A stretch of 64,000 nt of DNA from an uncultured Gemmatimonadales bacterium (GTDB lineage Bacteria > Gemmatimonadota > Gemmatimonadetes > Longimicrobiales > RSA9). The stretch lies in the NCBI GenBank assembly GCA_963798085.1, contig CAWCRS010000008.1:416001-480000 (forward strand), read 5' to 3'. The notes under the pieces were generated by a model that saw only the letters and a program-made list of their open reading frames with translations, was not told where the DNA came from and made no database searches. This document shows positions 1-9,738 of this stretch, piece after piece. Every line of letters begins with the position of its first letter. The stretch's first letter is position 1. The translations under genes and the position numbers were made by a program.

Positions 1-1398
1 TGTGGCACTGGCGCCGGCGGGCTTGCCCCAGTCGATCAGCCGGTCGGCGTGGCGCAGGAACGCCGCCAGGTCGATGCTGACCCGACGCTCGGGCGCCAGC
101 GTGAAGCCGGCCTCGCCGCTCCAGAAGCGCTCCGGCTGCAGATCGGGATTGCCAATGTTCGCGGGATCGCGGTAGAAGCGCTCGGTCCAGGTGGGCGCGC
201 GAAAGCCGCGTCCCGCGGACGCGCGCAGGCGCAGCGCCGGACGCACCCGCCATGCGCCCGCCACGGACGGTGACACGAATGAGCCGAACACGGAGTGCCA
301 GTCCAGGCGGGCGCCCGTCGTGAGCACGGCGCGCGCGGGGTCGCCTGCCGTAAGCTCGCCGAACGCGGCAGCACGCGATTCATCCAGATGCCCCAGGCGC
401 TCGCTGCGCAGAATCATGCGGTCCGCGCTGCCTCCCGCGGCCAGCCGCACGGCAGGCGAGGCCAGATAGCGCGCCACCACTTCCGAGGCCACACGCCAGT
501 TGGTGTGCAGATTCTCGTAAACGGAAGGATCATTGCGCAGCAGGATGAAGTCGTCGTGATGGCGACGCAGGCTCAAACCCGGTGTTATGGAGAAGCGGCG
601 GCTGGCCGGCGGCTGCCAGCGCAGCGACGCCGTGAGCGCGCGCGTTTCCTCGTACGAATCCCAGGGGCCGTAGAAATCGTTGGCGCCGAAATCGCGCGCG
701 CCGTACCCGAGGTCGCCGCGCAGCTGGCCGCCGCCCACCGGCAGATCGCCGCCGCCACGCGCCAGACGGACGCGATAGTCGGTGCCCGCGCGATGGCCAT
801 CGGAACGCGACCACGTGCCGCCGCCGTGCACCCGGGCGGAGCCCGCCTGCGCCGAGCCATCGCCTTCCACCAGTGCCGTGCCGAAGCTGCCGCCCTCCGC
901 GTGCAGCCGCGAATTCGTCACCGGCGCGGTCACGATGTTGATGGTGCCACCCACCGCATCCGGCCCGTACAGCGCGGAGCCTTCACCGCGCATCACCTCA
1001 ATGCGCTCCACCGACTCGAGCGGCACGGCCAGATCCAGATCGAAATGCCCGGTCTGATCGTCGCTCACATTCACGCCATCCACCAGCACCACCACCTGCT
1101 CGAAGCTCGAGCCGCGCAGCGCCAGGTCCGCCAATGCAGGCGAGCGCGCGAGCACGTCGGCACCCGTGATCCACGCCAGCAGCTCGGGCACGGTGCGCGC
1201 AGGAATGCGCTGCAGCGCGGCCCGGTCCAGTACCTCGACACTGCGCGCCACCGCAGGCAGCGTGGCCAGCGTGCGCGTGCCCACGGCCACCTGCACCGTG
1301 TCGAGCACAATGCCTTTCTCCTGCGCGGCCAGTGTCCCGTGCGCCACCGTCGAGAACAGCAGAATCGCCAGCAGTCCGGGGGTGATTCGCTCGGTCAC
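1..1398 (-). CDS. TonB-dependent receptor (3' end runs off the window)
   Basis: Hand-translated minus-strand frame. GTG start after a GAGGAG RBS, signal peptide, plug motifs LRGSSFEQVVVLVDG and VERIEVMRGEGSALYGPDAVGGTINI, barrel motif RGFRAPTWTERFYRDPANIGNPDLQPE. Missing from the ORF track because there is no stop in the window. Confidence 0.9.
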   Translation of the reverse strand, partial: MTERITPGLLAILLFSTVAHGTLAAQEKGIVLDTVQVAVGTRTLATLPAVARSVEVLDRAALQRIPARTVPELLAWITGADVLARSPALADLALRGSSFEQVVVLVDGVNVSDDQTGHFDLDLAVPLESVERIEVMRGEGSALYGPDAVGGTINIVTAPVTNSRLHAEGGSFGTALVEGDGSAQAGSARVHGGGTWSRSDGHRAGTDYRVRLARGGGDLPVGGGQLRGDLGYGARDFGANDFYGPWDSYEETRALTASLRWQPPASRRFSITPGLSLRRHHDDFILLRNDPSVYENLHTNWRVASEVVARYLASPAVRLAAGGSADRMILRSERLGHLDESRAAAFGELTAGDPARAVLTTGARLDWHSVFGSFVSPSVAGAWRVRPALRLRASAGRGFRAPTWTERFYRDPANIGNPDLQPERFWSGEAGFTLAPERRVSIDLAAFLRHADRLIDWGKPAGASAT

Positions 1399-1493
1399 GT
1401 GCGCAGCTCCTCTGCGGTTTCGGGTGGCCGCCAAGCTGAACGCGCATGTTCGCGCCGTCAATGCGTGCGTCTACGGATTCATTCGGCTCTTGC

Positions 1494-1517
1494 GCATGTC
1501 ATGTTTACCTGACATGC
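1494..1517. promoter_or_regulatory. Perfect inverted repeat GCATGTCA-N8-TGACATGC, putative operator
   Basis: 8-bp perfect arms in the divergent intergenic region, upstream of the operon that ends in an XRE regulator. Confidence 0.55.
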
Positions 1518-1576
1518 TGTCCATCGGGCCTCACGGCGCCACAACGGAACAATGGCGGGAAAGGAAGGACCAGGCG

Positions 1577-2317
1577 ATGAAGACAGTGTTAGTCGCGAGT
1601 CTCGGTCTCAGCGTGGCCGCGGGAGCGCTGCGCGCGCAGGGCACGGAGCGGCCCACAGCCGACCAGGTGGTGGAGCGTGCGCTGACGGCGGCGGGCGGGC
1701 GTGCCGCGCTCGGCAAGCGCAAGTCGCTGCACATCGTGGCGGCGTTCGAGATCCCGGCGCAGGGGATAACCGGGACACTGGAGACGTGGCGGCGTCGCCC
1801 CAGCCTGTTTCGTTCGAAGCTGGTGATCCCGATGCTGGGCACGATCGAGAGCGGTTACGACGGCAAGGTGGGCTGGAGCCTGAATCCTTCGACGGGTGCG
1901 CGCGTGCTGGACGGTGCCGACCTGGCGTCGGCGGAGCAGGATGCGCTCTGGTCCGATGATCCGACGGCCACGCGCTCGCGCACATTCGTGGGGGACACGA
2001 CGTTCGACGGTCGTGCGTGCTGGGTGCTCAAGGTCGTGGTGAAGAGTGGCGAGGAGCGCACCAACTACTACGACAAGGAGACCGGTCTGGCCGCGGGCAG
2101 TGAGTTCACACGAACGACCGCCGCAGGTGCAGTGCCGGTGACCGTGGTGGTGAGCGACTACCGGGATGTGGGGGGCATTCGTCTGGCGTTCCGGAATGTG
2201 CAGCACCTTGCCGGCGCCGAACAGGTGATTACGGTGCAGCAGGCGGAGTTCGACGCGAATGCGGAAGCGGCCGTGTTCGAATTGCCGAAAGAGATCAAGG
2301 CGCTCGTCGCAAAATGA
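1577..2317 (+). CDS. Secreted protein, outer-membrane lipoprotein-sorting/LolA-like fold family
   Basis: Signal peptide MKTVLVASLGLSVAAGALRAQ; family-like motifs TADQVVERALTAAGG, GYDGKVGW, YYDKETGL, SDYRDVGGI. Confidence 0.65.
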   Translation: MKTVLVASLGLSVAAGALRAQGTERPTADQVVERALTAAGGRAALGKRKSLHIVAAFEIPAQGITGTLETWRRRPSLFRSKLVIPMLGTIESGYDGKVGWSLNPSTGARVLDGADLASAEQDALWSDDPTATRSRTFVGDTTFDGRACWVLKVVVKSGEERTNYYDKETGLAAGSEFTRTTAAGAVPVTVVVSDYRDVGGIRLAFRNVQHLAGAEQVITVQQAEFDANAEAAVFELPKEIKALVAK

Positions 2318-2517
2318 TGAAGAACCGGCTGCGCGTGCTGCGGGCGGAACGGAGCTGGTCGCAGGCGGAGCTGGGCATTCGCGTCGGTGTTTCGCGGCAG
2401 GCGATCAATGCCATTGAAACGGGCAGGTTTGCGCCCAGCCTGCCGCTCGCGCTGAGGCTGGCGGACCTGTTCCGCTGCCACGTGGAGGAGCTTTTCGAAC
2501 TGGAAAAAGGGGAGTAG
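2314..2517 (+). CDS. XRE/Cro-C1 family HTH transcriptional regulator
   Basis: MKNRLRVLRAERSWSQAELGIRVGVSRQAINAIETGRFAPSLPLA; ATGA overlap with the upstream gene. Confidence 0.92.
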   Translation: MMKNRLRVLRAERSWSQAELGIRVGVSRQAINAIETGRFAPSLPLALRLADLFRCHVEELFELEKGE

Positions 2518-2770
2518 TGGGAGGCGTGGCCGGGCTGGAAATCCCCGCCGCGCTATGCGAATCGCCGCGTGGCCGGTTGTGCAAGTGACGCAGGCCCATG
2601 CGAATGCAGGGGCGCGATCCTTCTGCGCACTGTGGGGTACATCATTGTACGCATTTCGCGGGGTGCCAGCGGCACCGTACTGCTTCGCCGCCTCCCGCTT
2701 TCTCCTGATCGGCGCTTGCCGGACGCCGAGATGCGCAGCCGGTGGGCGCGTGACCCACGAAGGGAGACGC

Positions 2771-2959
2771 ATGTCCAGAAATATCTACGAAGTAGTTCCG
2801 TCGGGCGAATCCTGGCTTCTGCGCGAGCACGGCAGCAAGAAGGGTCGCGTTTTCGCGACGAAGGTCGAAGCGGTGGAGCGTGGCCGCGTGGAGTGCAGCA
2901 ATCACCGGCCCAGCACGCTGCGCATCGCGCGTGACCCGGAGCCTCGCCGCGGCAAGTAG
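2771..2959 (+). CDS. DUF2188-like small protein
   Basis: GGGAG RBS; MSRNIYEVVPSGESWLLREHGSKKGRVFATKVEAVERGR fits the DUF2188 pattern. Confidence 0.7.
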   Translation: MSRNIYEVVPSGESWLLREHGSKKGRVFATKVEAVERGRVECSNHRPSTLRIARDPEPRRGK

Positions 2960-3147
2960 GCGCCGCCGCCGCAGAGGTTCGGTGGGCGCAGCATTCGAGC
3001 AGGGAAGCCTCGACAGGATGTGGTGAGGGCAGGGCCGGGTGGAAACAGGAGAGTTAGCAGGCCTGCGCCAGAACGTCGCGTGAATGGCGCGACTCGCGCA
3101 ACCGCGATCGCGGCGCAGGCCATTCGCTGGGCGAGCCAGCCGGTTAT

Positions 3148-3193
3148 CGGATGCGCCGGGAGTGGATCGGGAGATCCGCTTCCGGCGCATTCG
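3148..3193 (+). other. Long RNA hairpin (about 21 bp, GGGA tetraloop)
   Basis: CGGATGCGCCGGGAGTGGATC-GGGA-GATCCGCTTCCGGCGCATTCG; all mismatches are G-U compatible on the + strand. Confidence 0.5.
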
Positions 3194-3352
3194 CATTGGG
3201 CGCCGGTGCGGTCATGGCGAGCTTGACGGCGCGCGGCCTGCGCGCCTATCTGATGAGACCAGCCATTGCGCGGGGCAGTGTGCTGACCCGGCATGCGGGC
3301 GAATTCGTCGGACGCCGCGCCTCGTGCGGCCATGATCGGGAAAGGTGACGGC

Positions 3353-3925
3353 ATGGCGCTTCTGTCTGACCGGAGCCTGAGGTCGCTGCTGCATGCGGGC
3401 GTGCGTGGCCTCGGTGCCGGCGCGCTGGCGGCCGCACTGCTGCTGGGCGGCAGGCCAGCTGCCGCACAAACCACGACGGTGATCCTGGTGCGCCACGCGG
3501 AGCCCGAGACCGGCTCGCAGGATCCGGGACTCAGCGCCGCGGGTCACGCCCGCGCTGATTCGCTGCTTGCCGCCGTGCATGCTGCCGGCATTTCCGCCAT
3601 CTACCACACACAATACCGGCGCACGCGCGAGACGGCGCAGGCGGTAGCTGACGGCCTGCACCTTGCGCTCACGGACTTCCCGGTGCGCGCAGGGCAGACA
3701 GCCACGCAGCACGCGGCCGATCTCGCTGCCGACATTCTGGCGAAACACGCGGGACAGACCGTTCTGGTTGTGGGTCACAGCAACACAGTACCGTTGATTG
3801 CGGCCGCGCTGGGTGTCGTGGATCCGCCGTCGATCAGCGAGCGCGAGTTCGACGCGTTCTTCGTCGCCATCAAGGATGGGACGCAGCCGGCTCGACTGCT
3901 GCACAGTCGTTATGGCGTGCGCTGA
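3353..3925 (+). CDS. Exported histidine phosphatase (phosphoglycerate mutase/SixA-like)
   Basis: VILVRHAE, RTRETA and VLVVGHSNT motifs; signal peptide; start uncertain. Confidence 0.85.
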   Translation: MALLSDRSLRSLLHAGVRGLGAGALAAALLLGGRPAAAQTTTVILVRHAEPETGSQDPGLSAAGHARADSLLAAVHAAGISAIYHTQYRRTRETAQAVADGLHLALTDFPVRAGQTATQHAADLAADILAKHAGQTVLVVGHSNTVPLIAAALGVVDPPSISEREFDAFFVAIKDGTQPARLLHSRYGVR

Positions 3926-4011
3926 GGCTCTGTCAGCGATGCGTCGTTGCGCGGGCGCGGGCTGTTCCGCAGCGTGCCGCGATCTCTGCGACTCTGACAG
4001 GAAGTGAGCGC

Positions 4012-6291
4012 ATGAGCGTAACCCCCGGCTTTTCTGTCGCGGTGTGGGCCGCCGCCGCCGTCAGCACGGTCCTGCTCACGAGTACGCCCATCCGTGCGCA
4101 GGAACCCGCCGCGTTGCGTGATTCATTGCGCACGGTAGTCGACACCGCTGCGTTGCGTTCGCGGCTGGCATCCTCGCCTGCGCGCACGGCCTCCGAGTTT
4201 GTGACGCGCGGCCTCATCGCGTTCCGCAGGTGGGAGCTGACGCACACCGCTGACGACCTGGACGCGGCGAAGCACGAATTCGAGCGCGCGCGCGACAAGG
4301 ATGGCAAGAACGTGTGGGCTGTCTACGGCGTGGGACTCTGTGTCGCGCGCAGTCCGAAGGTCCGATCGAACGGACCCACGCTGGTGCGCACGGGTCGCTC
4401 GCTTTCGAAAGAGCTGAAGATCGACGATTTCGCGGATGCGCGCCGAGCCATGGAGCGCGCGCTGAAGCTGGATGCGCATTTCGCGCCGGCCGCGATCGTG
4501 CTGGCGCAGCTCGCGGTAAAGGAGCGCGACCGCGACCAGCTCTACAAGGCGATGGACGCGCTCCGGCCCATCGCCATGGACCCCGCGGGTCCCGAGGATG
4601 CGAAGCTCGCGTTCGCGCAGGTGTACCTCGCGATGGGCGAAACGCGCGCTGCGGGCAATGTGGCGGGGCCGCTCGCGAGCCCGCCCGATGCATTGGCGGA
4701 AGCAAAGCACACCTTCGCCGTGGCACTGTTGAACTCGCCGGGCGATGAAGCGAAGGGCGCCGCGATGTACTTCCAGACGGTGGCGTCCATGACGCCGGCG
4801 GTGGAAGCGAAGCTGTTCGAGGAAGTGCGCTACATTGCCACGCCGCGTGAGCTGGCGGCGTGGGATTCGGCGGGCTATGCGCAGCGTCAGCTCTGGTTCC
4901 GCGACTTCTGGGAAATGCGCGCGGGCCTGTCCGGCGTGACGCTCGCCGAGCGCCTGGCAGAGCATTATCGGCGGCTGAGCACGGCGCTGGACCGCTATGC
5001 GCGTGTCAGCGACGGACCGCAGCCGGGCTACACGCTCGAGGACAAGCGCGATCCTGCGCCGCTCGACGATCGCGGCGTCATCTACCTGCGCCACGGCGAG
5101 CCCTTCCGCGTGATCAGCACGAAGGACTATCCGATGCGCACCAGCGCCTGCCAGATCTTTCTGCCGAAGCGAGGCACGAGAGTCTCTGGCGACACCTCGC
5201 GGCAGCGCGGGCAGAAGTGGGAGGCCGGCGAAGCGGAAGGCACCGCACTGGAAAACGAGTCCTGGGTCTACGTGAACCTGGACGGCGGCTATGAGATGTA
5301 CAACTTCTTCCGCTGCGACGGTCTTCCCGACTGGGTCATCCCGTACGACATCCCGTGCGATGCCGGACAGGTGCCGCTCTACGTCAACGACCGTCAGTAC
5401 TTCGAGAGCGAGATCCGCAACTGCGGGCACAACACCCGTGAGCGCATCCGCGAGTACGCACGCGAGGCCCTGCACTCGGACACGTACGCGCCCACGTTCT
5501 CACGCAAGGTGCCGGTCATCTTCGACCTGCTCGCGTTCCGCGGTGAGAACGGGCGCACGGACCTGACCACGCCGCTCGTCATCTCCGCCGATTCGCTGCA
5601 GCCGGATCGCGGCACGGACAATCAATACCGTGTAGGACTCACGGTCACGATCGTGGACACGGCCACGCGGCGGGTGGCGCGCAGCGAGACGAACTTCCTG
5701 GCGCGCACCACGGCGAGGGCCAATGGCGGCAGCTGGTTCGACACGTTCGTGCAGCTCTCCGCCCTGCCCACGAAGCGGGCGGAGCTGCGCATTGTGGTGA
5801 AGAACAGCGTCGCTTCCGACGGCAGTTTCTTCGGCTCGCCCATCAGCGTGCCCGACTACGGCGGCGACTCGCTCATGGTGAGCAGCATTGTGCTGGCGCT
5901 CCCCGTGGATGGCGGCAACTGGCGGCGAGGTAACACGACATTGCGGCTCATGCCGTACGGCGAGTACGCGGGCGGCGAGTTCCGCGCCTACTACGAGATC
6001 TACAACCTGCCCGAGAACCAGCCTTACAGTACGGAGCTGGTGGTGGAGCCGTGGCGCCAGGGCGCGAACGATCCCTTGCGGCCGCCGCCGGGCACGCCCA
6101 CCATCCGGCTGCAGTTCAACGGCCAGGCGCAGCGCGAGGCGGATGGTGCGGTGCGCGAGCTGCGCTCGGTGGAGAGCCACCTGCCGGCCGGCCGCTATCG
6201 TGTGACCGTGACCATAGTGGATCAGGTTACGGGCAAACGGGCCTCGAGCTGGCGCGCTTTCGTGGTGCCGCCGGCAGCAGGTGGCCGCTGA
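4012..6291 (+). CDS. GWxTD domain-containing exported protein with N-terminal helical repeats
   Basis: WFRDFW...ERLAEHYRR...DDRGVIYLRHGEP...NESWVY; C-terminal YYEIYNL and LPAGRYRVTVTIVD Ig-like domain. Confidence 0.75.
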   Translation: MSVTPGFSVAVWAAAAVSTVLLTSTPIRAQEPAALRDSLRTVVDTAALRSRLASSPARTASEFVTRGLIAFRRWELTHTADDLDAAKHEFERARDKDGKNVWAVYGVGLCVARSPKVRSNGPTLVRTGRSLSKELKIDDFADARRAMERALKLDAHFAPAAIVLAQLAVKERDRDQLYKAMDALRPIAMDPAGPEDAKLAFAQVYLAMGETRAAGNVAGPLASPPDALAEAKHTFAVALLNSPGDEAKGAAMYFQTVASMTPAVEAKLFEEVRYIATPRELAAWDSAGYAQRQLWFRDFWEMRAGLSGVTLAERLAEHYRRLSTALDRYARVSDGPQPGYTLEDKRDPAPLDDRGVIYLRHGEPFRVISTKDYPMRTSACQIFLPKRGTRVSGDTSRQRGQKWEAGEAEGTALENESWVYVNLDGGYEMYNFFRCDGLPDWVIPYDIPCDAGQVPLYVNDRQYFESEIRNCGHNTRERIREYAREALHSDTYAPTFSRKVPVIFDLLAFRGENGRTDLTTPLVISADSLQPDRGTDNQYRVGLTVTIVDTATRRVARSETNFLARTTARANGGSWFDTFVQLSALPTKRAELRIVVKNSVASDGSFFGSPISVPDYGGDSLMVSSIVLALPVDGGNWRRGNTTLRLMPYGEYAGGEFRAYYEIYNLPENQPYSTELVVEPWRQGANDPLRPPPGTPTIRLQFNGQAQREADGAVRELRSVESHLPAGRYRVTVTIVDQVTGKRASSWRAFVVPPAAGGR

Positions 6292-6356
6292 TTCGGGCAG
6301 CCCGCGGCCGCCGCGGGCGACCTTAACATACCGTTAGAGAGAGACCCGGAGCAGGG

Positions 6357-8384
6357 ATGCGACTGGTCGTGCAGTACCCCGACGATGCCGGGGTGCAGGT
6401 GGACGGCGAGCTAGTGGGCCGCACCAACAGCGTGCTGCGGCTGGGCCCGGGCACGCACCGGATCCGCCTGGCGGATGCGGGGGCCGCGCAGCCGGAAGAG
6501 CACCAGGTCACGGAAGACCCGTCGTCGCCTGACGCCGTCTGCTTCGTGCGCTTCGTGCCCCAGAATGCGGTGCTGGACCGCTTCTCCCCGCTCTACTGCT
6601 GCTACAACGGCTTCCTGCTGGGCCAGTTCCTGGCACTCAGTTTCGCCGCCTATGCGCGCGAAGGTTACGGCATTCGCCGGGCGCGCATGCAGGAATTCCT
6701 GCAGGAAATCGGCGTCGCGGAAACGCTGCCGGAAGAGCCGATCCCCTTCGGCTCGGACGCGTACGACACGCTGGTGCAGCGCATCCTCACGGCCGTGCAC
6801 GGCGCGAGCGAAGTGCTGGCCGATTACGCCTTCCTCGGCTTCGAAGCCATCTTCTACGGCCACCTCGCCGCCGTCCAGGATCCCACCGCGGAGCAGATGG
6901 CGGCGCACATGGAGGAGCTGCGCACGCGCCGGGGGCTGCCGCCGCTGGACCTGGCGACGCTGGTGCCGCAGCGGCACGGTGATAACGACACATTATCAAT
7001 CGACGACGTGCTCTCGCCCTCGCTGGCATGGCTGGCGGAAGTGGTGCAGGGCATGGAGCCGGAGCCGGACACGGCGTTCGTCATCATGCCGTTCGCGCCG
7101 CCCTGGGCCGGCTATTTCGCGACCTTCTACCGGCCCGCGCTGGAAGCCGCCGGCTGCCGCGCGTTCCGGGCGTGGGGCGGGCTCTCCAACGAGCAGTACG
7201 CGGACCTGCTGCTGGCGCTGATCGCGCGCTCGGGTCTGGTGTGGGCGGACATCTCGGAGCGCAATCCCAACGTGCTGTACGAAATCGGCGCGGCGCACGC
7301 GTTCGGCCGCATGGCCGTGCTGCTGGTGCACGAGGATCAGGCGGCCCTGGTGCCGGCCAACATTGGGCACGATGCGGTGATCACGTACTCGCCGTCGGCG
7401 GAAGATTTTCCGGACGGGATGGTGCGCCTCATGGGCATGCTCATTGGGGCCATGCGTCTCTCGGCGAAGCACGGCGAGCACTTCCGTGTGGGGCGCGGCG
7501 ATCTCGAGACAGCGATCGATGCAGCAGGCGAGCGGCTGAAGCAGATCCTGGTTCCGCCGGAAGCGCGCGAGGCGCTGCAGCACGGCCAGGAACTGCTGGA
7601 CAGCCAGCAGTTCGAGGCGGCGGAGACGGCCTTCACTGACGCCATCGAGCTGGGTCTGGACGATGCCGAGGCCTACGCCTGGCGAGGCCTGGCGCGCGTC
7701 GGGCGCGAAGAGTACGCGGCCGCGGCGACGGACCTCACCGAAGCGATCGAGCGCGGCTACCAGAAGCCGCCGCTGTTTCGCATGCGGGGCCTGGCGCGCA
7801 ACCAGATCGATGACAACGAGGGCGCGGACGCCGACTTCACGGCCTATCTCGAAGGCGCGCCCGACGACGCCGAGGTGTGGTACTTCCGTGGCGCGGCAAG
7901 GCAGTCGCTGGGGCGCTGGGCGGAGGCGGACATGGATTTCAGCGAGGCGCTGGCACGCGGCTTCGACAGCGCGGAGCTGCAGCAGTGTCGCACGTGGGTG
8001 AATATCCGGCTGGGTCATGCGGACGCCGCGCGGCACGCCTGGGAGCGGGCTGCGGCGCAGGCGCCGGATGCGGCCGCCACGGTAGCGCGGCAGGGGGACC
8101 TGCTGCTGGCGGATCACGAATACGGCGAAGCGGTTGCGGCCTACGAGCGGGCGCTGGCGGCCGAGCCACTGGCCGAGCGCCAGTTCGAGCTGGGTGTGGC
8201 GCTGCTGCTGGACGGCCGGGCGGGAGAAGCGCAGCCGCATTATGCGCAGGGCCTGACCACTGCCACGCCGCTGGAGGTCCGGCACGCGCTGGAAGAGCTG
8301 CGGTTCTGGGCCGAACAGGCGCCGGGTGCGGACCTGCTCCGGCAGGAGCTGGAAGCCACGGCCGGCGCTCCGGTTGCGGAGTAG
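6357..8384 (+). CDS. Multidomain protein: PEGA-like N-terminus, nucleoside 2-deoxyribosyltransferase/TIR-like domain, TPR repeats
   Basis: GVQVDGELVGRTNSVLRLGPGTHRIRL; AFVIMPF...ADISERNPNVLYEIGAAHA; repeated AYAWRGLAR / WYFRGAAR TPR helices. Confidence 0.7.
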   Translation: MRLVVQYPDDAGVQVDGELVGRTNSVLRLGPGTHRIRLADAGAAQPEEHQVTEDPSSPDAVCFVRFVPQNAVLDRFSPLYCCYNGFLLGQFLALSFAAYAREGYGIRRARMQEFLQEIGVAETLPEEPIPFGSDAYDTLVQRILTAVHGASEVLADYAFLGFEAIFYGHLAAVQDPTAEQMAAHMEELRTRRGLPPLDLATLVPQRHGDNDTLSIDDVLSPSLAWLAEVVQGMEPEPDTAFVIMPFAPPWAGYFATFYRPALEAAGCRAFRAWGGLSNEQYADLLLALIARSGLVWADISERNPNVLYEIGAAHAFGRMAVLLVHEDQAALVPANIGHDAVITYSPSAEDFPDGMVRLMGMLIGAMRLSAKHGEHFRVGRGDLETAIDAAGERLKQILVPPEAREALQHGQELLDSQQFEAAETAFTDAIELGLDDAEAYAWRGLARVGREEYAAAATDLTEAIERGYQKPPLFRMRGLARNQIDDNEGADADFTAYLEGAPDDAEVWYFRGAARQSLGRWAEADMDFSEALARGFDSAELQQCRTWVNIRLGHADAARHAWERAAAQAPDAAATVARQGDLLLADHEYGEAVAAYERALAAEPLAERQFELGVALLLDGRAGEAQPHYAQGLTTATPLEVRHALEELRFWAEQAPGADLLRQELEATAGAPVAE

Positions 8385-8494
8385 CGCCGAATGTGTCGAT
8401 CCTGAATGCAGTCGATTCTCCCACATCCAGGCCGGCAGGCCTCGCCTGACCGCCGACGGTCGGCGGCGGCCGCGGACAAGCCCGAGGTAGATTC

Positions 8495-9734
8495 TTGAGC
8501 GGAAGCACGCCGGTGGCGGAGGCTTTTTTTGCCCGGCAGCCCATCTTCGACCAGCAAGGCAACGCGCTCGCGTATGAGCTGCTGTACCGACCCTCGCCGG
8601 ACGCGACCAGTGCGGCGGGCGGCGATCCCATCGCGATGGCCATCCAGGTTGCGACCGATGCCATGCTGGGGATGAACCTGGAGACCGTGACGGATGGCCT
8701 GCCCGCATTCGTGAATGCGACGCGCGAGATCCTGATCGACGGACCGCTCGAGGGAATGGACCCCGCCAGGATCGTGATCGAGGTGCTGGAAACGGTCGAG
8801 CCGGACGAACAGGTGATGCGCGCCATCGCGAATCTGTCGAAGCGCGGGCATCGCATTGCACTGGACGACTGGTTCGAGAACGATCCGCGCACGCCCATGC
8901 TCGAGTACGCGTCCATCATCAAAGTCGATGTGCTGGACCGCACGGTGGCGGCGGCCGCGGAACTCGTGCGGCCGCACAGCGGCCGCAAGCTGAAGCTGCT
9001 CGCCGAGCGCGTGGAGACATCCGAGGTGCATGACGAGTCGGTGGCCGCGGGCTTCGAGTGGTTCCAGGGCTACTTCTATCGCAAACCCGAGATCGTGCGG
9101 CAGCGCGACCTGCGTCCCGAGCAGCTGTCCGTGATCCAGGCCATGAACCTGGTGCAGGATGACTGCGGTGCCGGACCATCGCATTGGCGCATTCTTCAAG
9201 CAGGATCCGTCACTCACGTACAAGCTCGTGCGCATGGCCAACGTCGCGCCGATGGGTGTGCGGCAGGTGGAATCGGTGGAGCACGCGGTGGCGATCGTGG
9301 GTCGCGCGGCGATCTTCCGCTGGCTGGCACTTCTGCTCGCGGGTTCCTTCCAGCGGGGCAGCGGCGTCAAGCGTGAGCTGCTGCGCGAGGCGCTGATCCG
9401 TGCAAAGGTCTGTGAGCTGCTCGCACCGGCGGCGCGCATCGGGCAGTCCGGTCACATGTTTCTGGTGGGGCTCTTCTCACGCATCGAAGCGCTGCTGGGC
9501 GTGCCCATCGAGTCGATCGTCAAGCACGTGGTGCTGCCGCAGCCGGTATCGGAAGCACTGACCAGTTCGGCGGGTCGCTACGGCGCCGTGCTGTCGTTAG
9601 CCGAAGCGTATGAGGATGCGCGCTTCGGAGAGATCCTCAAGCTGGCGGAAGCGGCGGGACTGGCGGCCGCGGAAGTGCCGAACGCCTACAGGCAGGCGCT
9701 CGAATGGTCGCTCGAGGTCAGCCGCACGATCTGA
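8495..9734 (+). pseudogene. EAL-HDOD domain protein (YuxH/PdeH-like), frameshifted near 9165
   Basis: ORF 8495 has ARQPIFD..AYELLYR, IALDDW, LLAERVET, FQGYFY. The HDOD half (QDPSLTYKLVRMAN, FLVGLFSRIEALL) continues in another frame (9159..9734). May be a sequencing error. Confidence 0.8.
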
Positions 9735-9738
9735 TCAC

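Noticed and set aside
1399..1576. Cobalamin riboswitch upstream of the TonB receptor (also checked upstream of the BtuF-like gene)
   Set aside because: No B12-box or other conserved riboswitch elements recognised.
8505..8530. Terminator-like GC stretch followed by T7
   Set aside because: It lies within the EAL gene start and encodes the conserved AFFARQ motif; the stem is weak.
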